A stretch of 64,000 nt of DNA. Origin: Candidatus Amesbacteria bacterium. Its GTDB lineage: Bacteria; Patescibacteriota; Microgenomatia; CAZETR01; Amesbacteraceae. Position numbers and translations under genes: made by a program. The first letter of the stretch is position 1. Each line of letters opens with the position of its first letter. The DNA is taken from assembly GCA_963736875.1 (NCBI GenBank), contig CAVTQH010000003.1:129756-193755 (forward strand), written 5' to 3'. Positions 34,555 to 44,900 of this stretch are shown here, one piece after another. The notes under the pieces were generated by a model that saw only the letters and a list, made by a program, of their open reading frames with translations, made no database searches and was not told where the DNA came from.

Positions 34555-35084
34555 ATATATCCAATCTCCTTTCTTAATCGGGTAATCTTATCCCAGTCAA
34601 TTTTCGTGGTGTTGTCGAAGTGGTATCGGGGGTTGAAATAAAGCATATCGGCAATTGCCCTGTCGGTGGTAGCCTCAAGATATTTTCCGTTATTCACAAC
34701 TCCCGATGTTTGAAATAAGTATTTGTCTCCCAGCTGGCGGCTCAGATATGAGTAATCACCGATTTTAATCTGACGGTTTTTGGTGGAGCAAAAAGTTATA
34801 GGTTCAATTTTTTGAAAAATGACGCCATTTTTTGCCAGGACGGTTTCAGTACTGAGATAGGAGTACTGATGCAGTGCCGTTGTGCCCAATTCTACCGGGT
34901 CAAGTTTTTCAAAAGGCACGACAGAATAAAAACCCCGGTAAATCGGAATCAGAACGCCTTTTTTGACATACCGCCCCAGCGCAGAATACAGAGTTCTTTT
35001 ATTTGATATGCTCCAAAGCAGTTCCAGGTCTTTGGTATGAAATAACCTGCGATCCAGCTTGAGAAGTATATCTATCCTATTCAT
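34551..35084 (-). CDS. abiEi: AbiEi-family antitoxin / transcriptional regulator
   Basis: N-terminal wHTH-like 'RTLYSALGRYVKKGVLIPIYRGFYSV' fits the AbiEi_4 'rlvk.G.l.rv.rGvY' pattern. It overlaps abiEii by 4 nt (ATGA). Confidence 0.7.
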   Translation of the reverse strand: MNRIDILLKLDRRLFHTKDLELLWSISNKRTLYSALGRYVKKGVLIPIYRGFYSVVPFEKLDPVELGTTALHQYSYLSTETVLAKNGVIFQKIEPITFCSTKNRQIKIGDYSYLSRQLGDKYLFQTSGVVNNGKYLEATTDRAIADMLYFNPRYHFDNTTKIDWDKITRLRKEIGYI

Positions 35085-35112
35085 ATATGCCTAGTATAAT
35101 ATAACATAGTTA

Positions 35113-38100
35113 TTAGAATCTGACGGCTCCGTTACTATAATCTGTTTTGACCTGCTCCGGAGTCAGGGCGTAGTTAAATATTTTGACCTCGTCGATCTGG
35201 CCGTCATAATAATATAACCAGCTTCCGTTATCTCTGGCACCCAGTCCAAATTTAACACTATTACTATAACCCGATGAAAGGATTGTTGTGTCGGAATTTA
35301 TTAAAGATCCGTCAACATAAATCTTAGTGGTGTTAGTGCTATGATCTCTGATCCCAACAAGATGGTGCCACGTATTATTATTCACGCTACCACCGTCGGC
35401 TTGAGATGTTGTGCTATCGTTTCTGACCTGAAAATAGATATGATTGGAATCATCTGAATTCAGATATAGTCCATAACCATTACATCCCCCCGTAAGGAAA
35501 CATTTTCCGGCAATGGCCTTATAGGTTCCTCCGGAAGCGTCTGTTTTTATCCAAGCGGATATTGAAAAAGAATCCGTGAAGTCAAGAGCAGACTGATCAC
35601 CAATATCAACATAATCACCAGCCCCGTCAAAGTCCAGGGAAGCGGAGTATTTGCCGGTGGTTCCACCGTTCCACATTTCGGTCGAGACGCCGGAACTGCA
35701 ACTTCCAACCGACCTGCCGGTATTGGGAGTGATGGTACCGTTGTATCCGGAAATTCCCCGCGGGTCGGCTTTAGGAGCGGTATTATTGAGAGTTGTGCCG
35801 GAACATTCATCAAAACGGTAGTGGGCGACCGGTTCCCCCAGGTTGTAGTCCCAGGCGATTTGGGCGGGGGTGCGGGCGTAGTTGTAGATTCTGACTTCAT
35901 CGACTAAACCATTGTAGCCAAAGTTATAGTAACCCGGAAATCCGTCTTGGGCGGATGCAATACCTTTGGTGTATGTAGTTTGTCCAAAACTGACTGCTTG
36001 TGAAGTCTCCAGTTTTCCATTTATGTAAATGTATACTATGTCATTGGTATAGTCGATAACAGTGGAGAAGTTGGTCCATTGATTTAGGGGTATAGCTGAA
36101 GACGAAAGCGCAGTTTGAGCTGAGTCAGACGATTGACTTTCGGCGGATACTCTTAATTTATAAGATTCACCGTCATCAATTTCGATCTGAATTCCATTAT
36201 CAGAATTAGAATTTATAAAGCTATTAAAGATTCCATTCCCCCATTGAATCCACGATCTTGGTTTAATCCACCCATTAACTGTAACAACTGAAGCGCCATT
36301 AATCATATTGTTAAGAGTGTCTGTGCCTAGATCTACCTCACTATAGTCGGAGAACGATGTTGCCCCCAGATCTATAGAAGAACCGAATTTCCCATGTGAC
36401 CAGGTTGGCATTCGGCCACTATTGTTAACTGTCAATGTACCATTTTTTTCATTACCACTCGTATCATATGTAGACTGTCCCGTATTTTCATCAAATTTCC
36501 ATTCTGCTATGGGTGGATTGCAGGTGTCGGTATCACCGGGAGGGCAATATGAGCGGGCAGAGGAAAACATTTCAGCACTGGACGAAGCGGTGGAAACAGC
36601 TCCAAAAACAGCTGACTGGCCCTGGTTGTAAAGTTGTTTGATCTGATCAGCGGTGAGAGCGGAGGAAAAGATCTGAACTTCGTCTATCTTGCCGTCGAAA
36701 TAATCGCCGTCTACATTGTCTCCGGTACCGGGATTGGCTCCAATTAAGGGTTTGACGTTAGAGGGATTGGAAATTGTACCTGCGGCAGTAACAGTGTCTT
36801 TTAACGCGCCATTCAAATAGATTTTTGAATCAGTTCCGTCAAATGTGCCCACAATGTGATACCAGGTTCCGGCGGATATTTCGGAAAGGTTGAAACCGGC
36901 TTTTTGGTAGGCACTATTGATATAAAAATAAGTTTCAATTTTACCGCTTTCCACTTGATTGGGCAGAAGACCCCAGCCGCCGCTATTGTTGTTGCTCATG
37001 ATGGTGGTTTCAGTCAGACCAGTGGGTATAGTATCAAAGTTTACCCATGCCGAAAGGGTAATGGCGTTACTGATTTTAAGCGAGTCAACCGGGCCAATGG
37101 ACAGGTAATCGTCTGTACCGTCGAAGCTTAAAGCTTTACCGAATTTTCCGTCGTTTACCCAACCGGGGCAGGGGACTGTTCCGGAAGCAGGACAAGATTG
37201 ATTTACAGCTCCGAGATCACCGTTTATAGAAGTTCCTCCGCTGCCGGAATTATTTGCAGTATCTCCATAACCTTCATCAAAATTCCAATCTCCGACAGCC
37301 GAACCAACGGGGGATCCCGGTGCAGGATGGCCGGCATTCATGTCCTCGATGATCTGGGCGGGAGTGCGGGGGTAGTTGTAGATTTTGACTTCGTCAATGA
37401 CGGCATCCGTGCTATTATCGGGATTAATTTCAAAAGCTGATATATAAAGAGGTTGGGTGTTGGAATAAATATTTCCGCTGGGGCTGGTATTTTCGTCTAT
37501 AAATACACCATCCACATAATGATTGAGGGTCTCCCCGTCGTAGGTACAGGTGGAGTAATACCAGGTATTTAGATTGATTGTGTGGGCGGAATTATTATAT
37601 TTAGTGGATCCGTTATTGGATACTTCGCAATAAACTTCATAAGCGTCACCCGCCACATTACTTATGACCATCATGTCGTAGGTATAATTTGAAGAGCTGT
37701 TGCTTTTTTGAATGATTACTTTTGACCAGTTAGCCGGCATGGATTTTAATTTAAACCAGGCAGAATAGGTGATGGTTTTGGGATTCAATGAGGTATTATG
37801 TTCTACTGTGATGTATTCTCCACTATTGTTGTCGTATTCCAAATCTAAGGCACCTCCATATTTGCCGGTAACCCAATCATTACTTTCAATATTTTGAATC
37901 GTACCGGTAAAACCGTTACCCGATTTATCATATGCAACCGTACCGGTATTTTCATTAAGGTCCCAATATCCCACCGGTCCCGGAGCCCAGTTATATAATT
38001 GCTGGACTTCGGCAGAGGTAAGGGCGCGGTTGTAGATGCGGGTTTCATCAATCTTGCCATCGAAACCCTGAGTTCCGTTATACCCGGCACCGATACTGAT

Positions 38101-41100
38101 GTTGCCGTTGCCCGTCAGAAAACCGCTATTGGAGGTTTGACTGTCGAGGTAACCATTAACAAACAACTTAGTGGCAACCCCATCGCTAGTGACAGTTACC
38201 AGGTACCAGGAGTTGGTTGTTAGAGTGGTGTTTGATGTGCCGGTATTGGTACCACCATCCAGGCTGTATACCAGTTTACCGGAGTTGGTGGCTGATGCTC
38301 CGAGAAACCAGTCAAAAGACGGAGACGAACCCCGGGCTATAATCATACGTTGGTTTGAATCAAGAGTGTCTGCTTGTACCCAAGCAGAAACGGAGATTGG
38401 TATGGTAGTAGCGTGGGTCTGTTCAAGTCCTATAGACGATACAGGTTCGGAAGCAGCATATTTTCGTATAAACACATAATCATACTTAGATTCTGCAATT
38501 TTCGTTGAATCATCATCATGCATAATTGCAATATTTCCAGTACAGGAGAAATCGTTAAGATTTGCGTAAACCGTCTGTAATCCTGATCCGGAATAAGCCT
38601 GTTCAGGAGTGAGTCCCCAGCTTTGAGTACCAGCCATTTGATAAAAATATGATGCGCTATTATATCCGTAAATATTTCCACAAAAATAAATTCCATGAAT
38701 TTCTTTAAGAACTGATGGCTGGAAACTTGCCTGGACTTGATACGATCCACTTGTTACCGCAAATGAGCCAGTAATCTGGTATCCATGATCCATACCAAAG
38801 GCAGACGAAGTATTTTCCGTAAGAGTAATTACACTGCCTGATACAGTATATGAGCCGTCTCCTCCTCCTACTTTTGTATAACCCGGATCAGAATCGAATC
38901 CATCAAAAAATTCAAAAGTATTTGAACTATTTGATTGTGAAGATACTCCACTATTTCCGTAGTACATGATAATGGTCGATGAGCTATAAGCGGGTATTGA
39001 ATTAATTTCGACCCAAACATTAGCTGATACTGAATCCGTTTTACTCTCTAACCAATAGTCAAGATTTGCCCCAGCATTATCGGTAAAGCGTATATCGTCA
39101 AAATCAGACTGCATATCAGAGTCATATAGAATTGATAATTCTAATTGGTAATTTGTTAAGTTGGAGATGTTACTATTGTTAATAGTTATTAATCTACGTT
39201 GAGTCCAGCTTGATAGTTCTGATGCCCAGGTGTAATGAATCGGAACCCTTATTGCAGAGTTTGTGGCCACCCGGTCGTTCGTGCCATCAAGATCAATAGC
39301 ATTACCGAATTTTCCATTTCCCGAAGTTGCATTATCGTACCATTCTGCATGATTATTGTTTCGGGAAAAATCGCAGGCATCATTCGTTGCATCGCAAGTA
39401 TTGGAAGTACTTTCGTCCATCTTCCAATAAGCAGCAAGATCATTATTGAGAATGTATTCTGTTGAGGATCCGAAGATCTCACCGGCGTTGTTGAAGTCAA
39501 CTTTGACCTGATCTGCGGTTCTGGCAAAGGGATAGATTTTAATTTCATCAAGTGATCCCAACCAGGGGCTACCTGCTCCGTCTCCGTCAATTCCCATATA
39601 GAGAGAATCGGTATTAGCGAGCGTGGAGGCAGCCGAAATTGCATAATCAGTACCAACTGGTATACCGTCGATATAAAGCGTGAGACTTGAGGTACCGGTT
39701 TTTACGGCAACTACATGGTGCCATTTATTGTCATCATATGACGCGGCTGTTGAAGTTACCGAATCATCAGGTCCCCAGGTTGAATCATCGTCTACGGCAA
39801 AAGTGATGTCACCATCTACTTCCATTATAAGTTTGTAGCCTCCGTCGGTACCTGTTGTCGAGTAGTATTTTGAAAGAATCGTATCGGCTCCCGATGGGCT
39901 TTCCGGATTTTTGAACCAGGCGGAAATCGAAAAGGAATCAGACGCAGTGAAATCAATAACACTACTGTCACCAACGGCTACAAAATCATTTGTTCCGTCA
40001 AATGAAAGGCATTTATCAAATCTGCAGTCCGCCCCATCTTTCCAGGTGGGACATGCCGAATTTCCGGGACATGAATTTGACTCGGCTAAATTTCCATTTA
40101 GGCTTGATCCTCCACTTCCTGAGTTGTGTGTAGTATCTCCGTATCCTTCATCAAAATTCCAGTAGGCGACAGGGTTCGGGGATTTTTCTTCAGAATCCAG
40201 GGAAACTGTTGGTTCAGTTGAAAGTTGTTGACGGATAATCCAGTTGTCAGTGTATGAGTATTCACCAGAATCGTAATGGACAGCACCGGGTTTTAGCGGG
40301 GTTTCTGATGAGTAGTTGGAATTATAAATCGAAGTCCAGGTATTTGAATCTACTGCTTTGTAGTAATAGTAGGCGCCGGTGGCTTTAAGTACAACCTTGA
40401 TATCATACCAGGTACCCACAGTATAACTACCGCTACCTACCCGATTATTACCGTCTTCATAAATGTCAAATGTTCCGGCATCTAAAAAGATTGCATAAAC
40501 CAAGTCACTGCGGTTGGAACCTGATCCGCTATCGTGCCACCCGATTACTGATCTGGCACCGCTTGTTGCCTTGAACTTTGCCTGAAAGGCAAGATCGGCA
40601 GCCCTTGCCTGGGTGCTGGTTGCATATACATAGGAATCCCAAGCATCGGAATTATTTAGAAGCCATAGGTATTCGTCCTGCGTTGTCGTACCTCCGTCTA
40701 CGGTTATCTTGGAAGTATCAATACTTGTTCCTGCAAAATCGTGCATATAAGTAAAAAAGCTTTCAGGATTAGCCATGATACTGGAAGCATCTGAATTACC
40801 ATAGTAGACGTAAAGGATTGTACTGTCGTTAGCCAGGGAACTGAATTTGATCCAGACTGTCGGACTGTTTGGTACGGTACAGTCAACCCAAAAAGGATCA
40901 ATAATTGGATTGGAGTTGGTATCATTAACACGGATATCGCTGCAGTCACTATTAATCTGGCCGCTGGTCAGTGCACCCAGGGAGAAACCGTAGGTGTAAT
41001 TTGATTGTGTTCCTGCGGTATTTGTTATCAGTATTTTTTTGCGGTATAACCAGCTATCATTCCACCAACCGGCACTGACGTTTTGGGGAGCTTTGGTTAG

Positions 41101-41211
41101 AAGAAGGAATAGGAGGGGAACCAGAAGGATGATAATTACTGCCTCAATTCTGATAATGTTTCGACGCAGAATGTTATACTTTGATGTTTTTGTATGCATA
41201 TTGAAAATCAA
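35113..41211 (-). CDS. Giant surface protein (2032 aa), paralog of the 2125- and 2904-aa proteins, with many LamG/Laminin_G_3 domains
   Basis: N-terminal 'IEAVIIILLVPLLFLLLTKAPQNVSAGWWNDSWLYRKKILITN'. Motifs include 'DETRIYNRALTSAEVQQLYNWAPGPVGYW', 'DEVKIYNYPRTPAQIIEDMNAGHPAPGSPVGS' and 'YCPPGDTDTCNPPIAEWKFDENTG'. Its start overlaps the stop of the upstream ORF by 4 nt. Confidence 0.8.
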   Translation of the reverse strand: MIFNMHTKTSKYNILRRNIIRIEAVIIILLVPLLFLLLTKAPQNVSAGWWNDSWLYRKKILITNTAGTQSNYTYGFSLGALTSGQINSDCSDIRVNDTNSNPIIDPFWVDCTVPNSPTVWIKFSSLANDSTILYVYYGNSDASSIMANPESFFTYMHDFAGTSIDTSKITVDGGTTTQDEYLWLLNNSDAWDSYVYATSTQARAADLAFQAKFKATSGARSVIGWHDSGSGSNRSDLVYAIFLDAGTFDIYEDGNNRVGSGSYTVGTWYDIKVVLKATGAYYYYKAVDSNTWTSIYNSNYSSETPLKPGAVHYDSGEYSYTDNWIIRQQLSTEPTVSLDSEEKSPNPVAYWNFDEGYGDTTHNSGSGGSSLNGNLAESNSCPGNSACPTWKDGADCRFDKCLSFDGTNDFVAVGDSSVIDFTASDSFSISAWFKNPESPSGADTILSKYYSTTGTDGGYKLIMEVDGDITFAVDDDSTWGPDDSVTSTAASYDDNKWHHVVAVKTGTSSLTLYIDGIPVGTDYAISAASTLANTDSLYMGIDGDGAGSPWLGSLDEIKIYPFARTADQVKVDFNNAGEIFGSSTEYILNNDLAAYWKMDESTSNTCDATNDACDFSRNNNHAEWYDNATSGNGKFGNAIDLDGTNDRVATNSAIRVPIHYTWASELSSWTQRRLITINNSNISNLTNYQLELSILYDSDMQSDFDDIRFTDNAGANLDYWLESKTDSVSANVWVEINSIPAYSSSTIIMYYGNSGVSSQSNSSNTFEFFDGFDSDPGYTKVGGGDGSYTVSGSVITLTENTSSAFGMDHGYQITGSFAVTSGSYQVQASFQPSVLKEIHGIYFCGNIYGYNSASYFYQMAGTQSWGLTPEQAYSGSGLQTVYANLNDFSCTGNIAIMHDDDSTKIAESKYDYVFIRKYAASEPVSSIGLEQTHATTIPISVSAWVQADTLDSNQRMIIARGSSPSFDWFLGASATNSGKLVYSLDGGTNTGTSNTTLTTNSWYLVTVTSDGVATKLFVNGYLDSQTSNSGFLTGNGNISIGAGYNGTQGFDGKIDETRIYNRALTSAEVQQLYNWAPGPVGYWDLNENTGTVAYDKSGNGFTGTIQNIESNDWVTGKYGGALDLEYDNNSGEYITVEHNTSLNPKTITYSAWFKLKSMPANWSKVIIQKSNSSSNYTYDMMVISNVAGDAYEVYCEVSNNGSTKYNNSAHTINLNTWYYSTCTYDGETLNHYVDGVFIDENTSPSGNIYSNTQPLYISAFEINPDNSTDAVIDEVKIYNYPRTPAQIIEDMNAGHPAPGSPVGSAVGDWNFDEGYGDTANNSGSGGTSINGDLGAVNQSCPASGTVPCPGWVNDGKFGKALSFDGTDDYLSIGPVDSLKISNAITLSAWVNFDTIPTGLTETTIMSNNNSGGWGLLPNQVESGKIETYFYINSAYQKAGFNLSEISAGTWYHIVGTFDGTDSKIYLNGALKDTVTAAGTISNPSNVKPLIGANPGTGDNVDGDYFDGKIDEVQIFSSALTADQIKQLYNQGQSAVFGAVSTASSSAEMFSSARSYCPPGDTDTCNPPIAEWKFDENTGQSTYDTSGNEKNGTLTVNNSGRMPTWSHGKFGSSIDLGATSFSDYSEVDLGTDTLNNMINGASVVTVNGWIKPRSWIQWGNGIFNSFINSNSDNGIQIEIDDGESYKLRVSAESQSSDSAQTALSSSAIPLNQWTNFSTVIDYTNDIVYIYINGKLETSQAVSFGQTTYTKGIASAQDGFPGYYNFGYNGLVDEVRIYNYARTPAQIAWDYNLGEPVAHYRFDECSGTTLNNTAPKADPRGISGYNGTITPNTGRSVGSCSSGVSTEMWNGGTTGKYSASLDFDGAGDYVDIGDQSALDFTDSFSISAWIKTDASGGTYKAIAGKCFLTGGCNGYGLYLNSDDSNHIYFQVRNDSTTSQADGGSVNNNTWHHLVGIRDHSTNTTKIYVDGSLINSDTTILSSGYSNSVKFGLGARDNGSWLYYYDGQIDEVKIFNYALTPEQVKTDYSNGAVRF

Positions 41212-41963
41212 AATTTGAATGCAGAATCCTGGTTATATAACGTTTGGACTTGCGGTTGAGTCAGGGCATAGTTGAAAATTTTGAGGTCATCCATTTGTCC
41301 ATCATAAAAGTTACCCGGGTTTCCATCTTGTCGAATCCAGTAGCCTATCATTAAAGGAGCGGTAGTATTGTCTATAGTGGAAAAACTGCCACCGGCTGTT
41401 GGTGTTTTATCGGCTCGTAGCCCATCGATATATAGTTTAATACTGGAATGTTCACTAATACCACCATCATAGGCGGCAACGATATGGTGCCAGCTCCCTT
41501 CTGGGAATGCTGTATTTGTTAATCTCCCGATATATCCCCCGGAAGATTGATCATAAATAGTGAAATTTAAAAAATCAGAAGAGTTTATATATAACTGGAA
41601 TTCCATTTTAGTATCTCCGGTGGTTTCATCGTCTTTACTTACTATCCAGACATTTGTTGCGTCGTTAATTTTCACCCAGGTGGAGATAGAGAAAGGGAAA
41701 TTATTACTGCTGTTTCCAAAAGAAAAAATATCGTTATCAGGTACCGTTACGATATCATCCGTTCTATCGAAACCCAGAGAAGCACTGTATTTACCAGTTG
41801 TACCGTCATTCCACATTTCGGTTGAAACTCCGGAGCTGCAGGAACCTACAGAAGTGTTTCCTGAAGCACCGGGAGTAGATGGTACCGCTGTAGCCGGTGG
41901 TACTTCTGTCGGCTTTGGGAGCCGTATCGTGGAGGACGGTGCCGGAACATTCGTCAAAGTCAT
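41208..41963 (-). CDS. Single LamG-domain ORF that is almost certainly the frameshifted C-terminal end of the 2904-aa gene
   Basis: Its 'VGSCSSGVSTEMWNDGTTGKYSASLGFD' is homologous to the in-frame continuation of the 2032-aa paralog after '...DFDECSGT...'. The 2904-aa ORF ends in an unrelated out-of-frame tail 'SRCFRKHFCRFLQLRSFNRNVE'. Confidence 0.5.
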   Translation of the reverse strand: MTLTNVPAPSSTIRLPKPTEVPPATAVPSTPGASGNTSVGSCSSGVSTEMWNDGTTGKYSASLGFDRTDDIVTVPDNDIFSFGNSSNNFPFSISTWVKINDATNVWIVSKDDETTGDTKMEFQLYINSSDFLNFTIYDQSSGGYIGRLTNTAFPEGSWHHIVAAYDGGISEHSSIKLYIDGLRADKTPTAGGSFSTIDNTTAPLMIGYWIRQDGNPGNFYDGQMDDLKIFNYALTQPQVQTLYNQDSAFKF

Positions 41964-44900
41964 ACTGGGCTACCGGTGCTCCACGGTTATAGTCCCAGGC
42001 AATCTGGGCAGGAGTGCGGGCGTAGTCATAAAGAACGAAGTTATCAAGTTGGCCACCCAACCAATTTAGGTTAGCTGATACATTGCCACCGAAATATAAA
42101 CTTTGATCCGAGTTTTTGATATTACCGGAGACGTCTGTCGAACCGGTGATGCGGGATCCGTTAACATATAAATATAAGTTTGATCCGCTCCTGACAAATT
42201 CCAAGTGATACCAGGTGTTAACAGAGAGAGCTGGAGTATATGAAACGGTATATACTGTATCAGAGGTGTTGCAGTAGTAGCAGATAATATCGTCTGATGA
42301 TATGGATGAAATCATACATCTATAACTAACATAAGGTGAAGCATTATTCAGTTTATGGAACAGGTAATCTGCAACACCCTTTACACTTGGGAGTTGGTCA
42401 AGCTTAAACCAGATAGCGGCCGTCATATCATTACTTGGAGTGAGCAAGTCGTTATCTTCAATAGTGACATGATCGTTGATACCGTCAAAATTTAGACCGC
42501 TTCCGTTTTTTGTATTTGTCCAAGCGGGGTCATCCGTTCCGACTGAAGAGGTGTCACCCAGGACACCGCTGAGATTATTACCAGAAGAATCGTTTGTTAT
42601 TTGACCTGTATTTTCGTCAAATTTCCATTCACCTACAGGCGGGGAGCAGGGGTCGGAGGAGCCGGGGATGCAATATGCGGCGGAGGCGGAGTTGGAGGCA
42701 ATAGAGCCACCGGTTAAGCTTGAGGTGTCAGAGAGGACACCCATGACAGCAGACGAGCCCTGGTTATAAAGGAGTTTGATCTGGTCAGTTGTTAAAGCCG
42801 AGTTGTATATTCTTAATTCATCTAATACTCCATCAAAATACTCACTGTCTGAAGAATTATATAATCTACCGATCATCAAGTATTGCCCGGTTGTTTCCCA
42901 TGTTCCCGTTGACGTATCGGTTTCACTATTATCTAAAATTCCGTTGATATAAATACTGTCGGTGTCCAAACTCGTATCTCTTACAAACACGATATGATAC
43001 CAATTACCCGATGATAATGTTGATGTTGAAGAGATTGAAGATGAAGCGGTATCAGGTCCATAGTTTACTGCTACTTTATTGTCGTTAGCGACTCTAATAA
43101 GATAAAAATTTCGACTACAGTTTGTATCTCCATCTCCACTATCGCAATCGTCGTATCTGAAGATATTTTGGTAAAGTCCGGTGCTTTCCAGATTTATCCA
43201 GGCCGAAAATGTCATAGATTTGCTTTGATCCATGTGGATGGAGGAGCTATCACCCGCATTTACCCAATCCGAATCTGATCTTTCAAAATCAAGCCCTTTG
43301 TTAAATTTCCCGTGATTTGTCCAGGACGGACAAGTAGCATCACCGGGACAGGATCCGTACAGATTTCCATCCAGAGAGGTTCCGCCACTGCCGGTGTTGT
43401 GGGCGGAGTCGCCGTAGCCTTCATCGAATTCAAGATGCAGGACCGATGAGCCTATGGGAGATCCGGGTGCCGGATGCCCGGCATTCATGTCTTCGATAAT
43501 CTGTGACGGTGTACGGATGTAGTTGTAGATTTTGAGGTCGTCAATGGCTCCGTTGAAGTGGTCGGAGAATGTGTTTGTCCCAATTAAAAAATTATTTCCT
43601 GTATCATTGTCTCTTGTACCTGTCATCGATTGAGTGGTTAGGAATGGGTATAAAACACCATTTTTGTAGTATTTAACACCGCTGCATGTACCAGATCCGT
43701 CCCAAGAAAAGGATATATAATCCCATTGATTTGCCACGGGTTCTCCACCGCCAGTAACTGGTGCGTCGCAGGTTAGAGATGTCCCATCTGAATTGACATC
43801 AAACTGATATTTGTTTGAGTTTAGTAACACAGACCAACCTGTACTATCACCCCCGGTTTTATCAAGGATGTTATAGGTAATAATTTCTTCAGGTTTTATC
43901 CATGCCGATATAGTATAGGCCGGTAAATAATCTATACTGGCATCACTTGGTACAGTAATATAATCCTGGGTTCCTGCATATTTCGTGGCTGATCCGAACT
44001 TACCTTGAGTCCATGAAACGTTGTTGGTAAAAGATGTGGAATTATTACCGTTTCCGGAGGAGTCATAAGCCGAAGTTCCTGTGCCTTCATCCATCTTCCA
44101 ATATCCAACCGGTCCCGGAGCCCAGTTGTAAAGCTGACTGACTTCGGCGGGGGAGAGGGCGCGGTTATAGATACGGACCTCGTCGATCTTGCCGTCCCAG
44201 CCTTGGGTACCGTTGTAGGCGGAGCCGATACTGATATCACCGCTACCGGGTAGGACACCGGAATTATTGGTTTCCGAGTCATACTGGCCATTGATATACA
44301 ATTTGTTTTTAACACCATCGGATACCAAAGTTACCAGATTCCAGCTACCGGTGGAGAGTGTAGCATTGGATGTGCCGGTATTGGTAAGACCGTCAAGGGT
44401 ATACCAGAGTTTTCCGGAACTGGTGGCTGAAGCACCTATTCCCCAATCAAAGGAAGGAGAAGAACCACGGGCAAGGATCATTCTTTGAGAGCTATCTAAA
44501 GTTGTGGCGTTCACCCAAGCCGAGAAGGATATTGATTCACGTAAAGCGCCGGTTTGTTCCTGACTGAACGATGCAGTCGGTTCAACGGACGCAGTTTTAA
44601 CCGGACCTTGCCATTTATTGATGTAATCATCATTACGGTCTGACTGATAGATATATTTATCTTTCCAGGTCAATCCGGCAACTTCGGTGAGGGTGTGACC
44701 ACTTGAATCAAACCAATCTGTAACGATTGGTGAACTCCAGTTAGAAATGTCGATCAAATATACACGATTGCCATTGGCACCATATGATCCTGATGTACCG
44801 GCGAAAAGGTAGCCATAGGCGTACGTAAGTCCTTGTCCTCCCCAGTCAAATCCGGAGAGGGTATCCATATTTATCGAAGAACTGGAATTGTTGGAAATGA

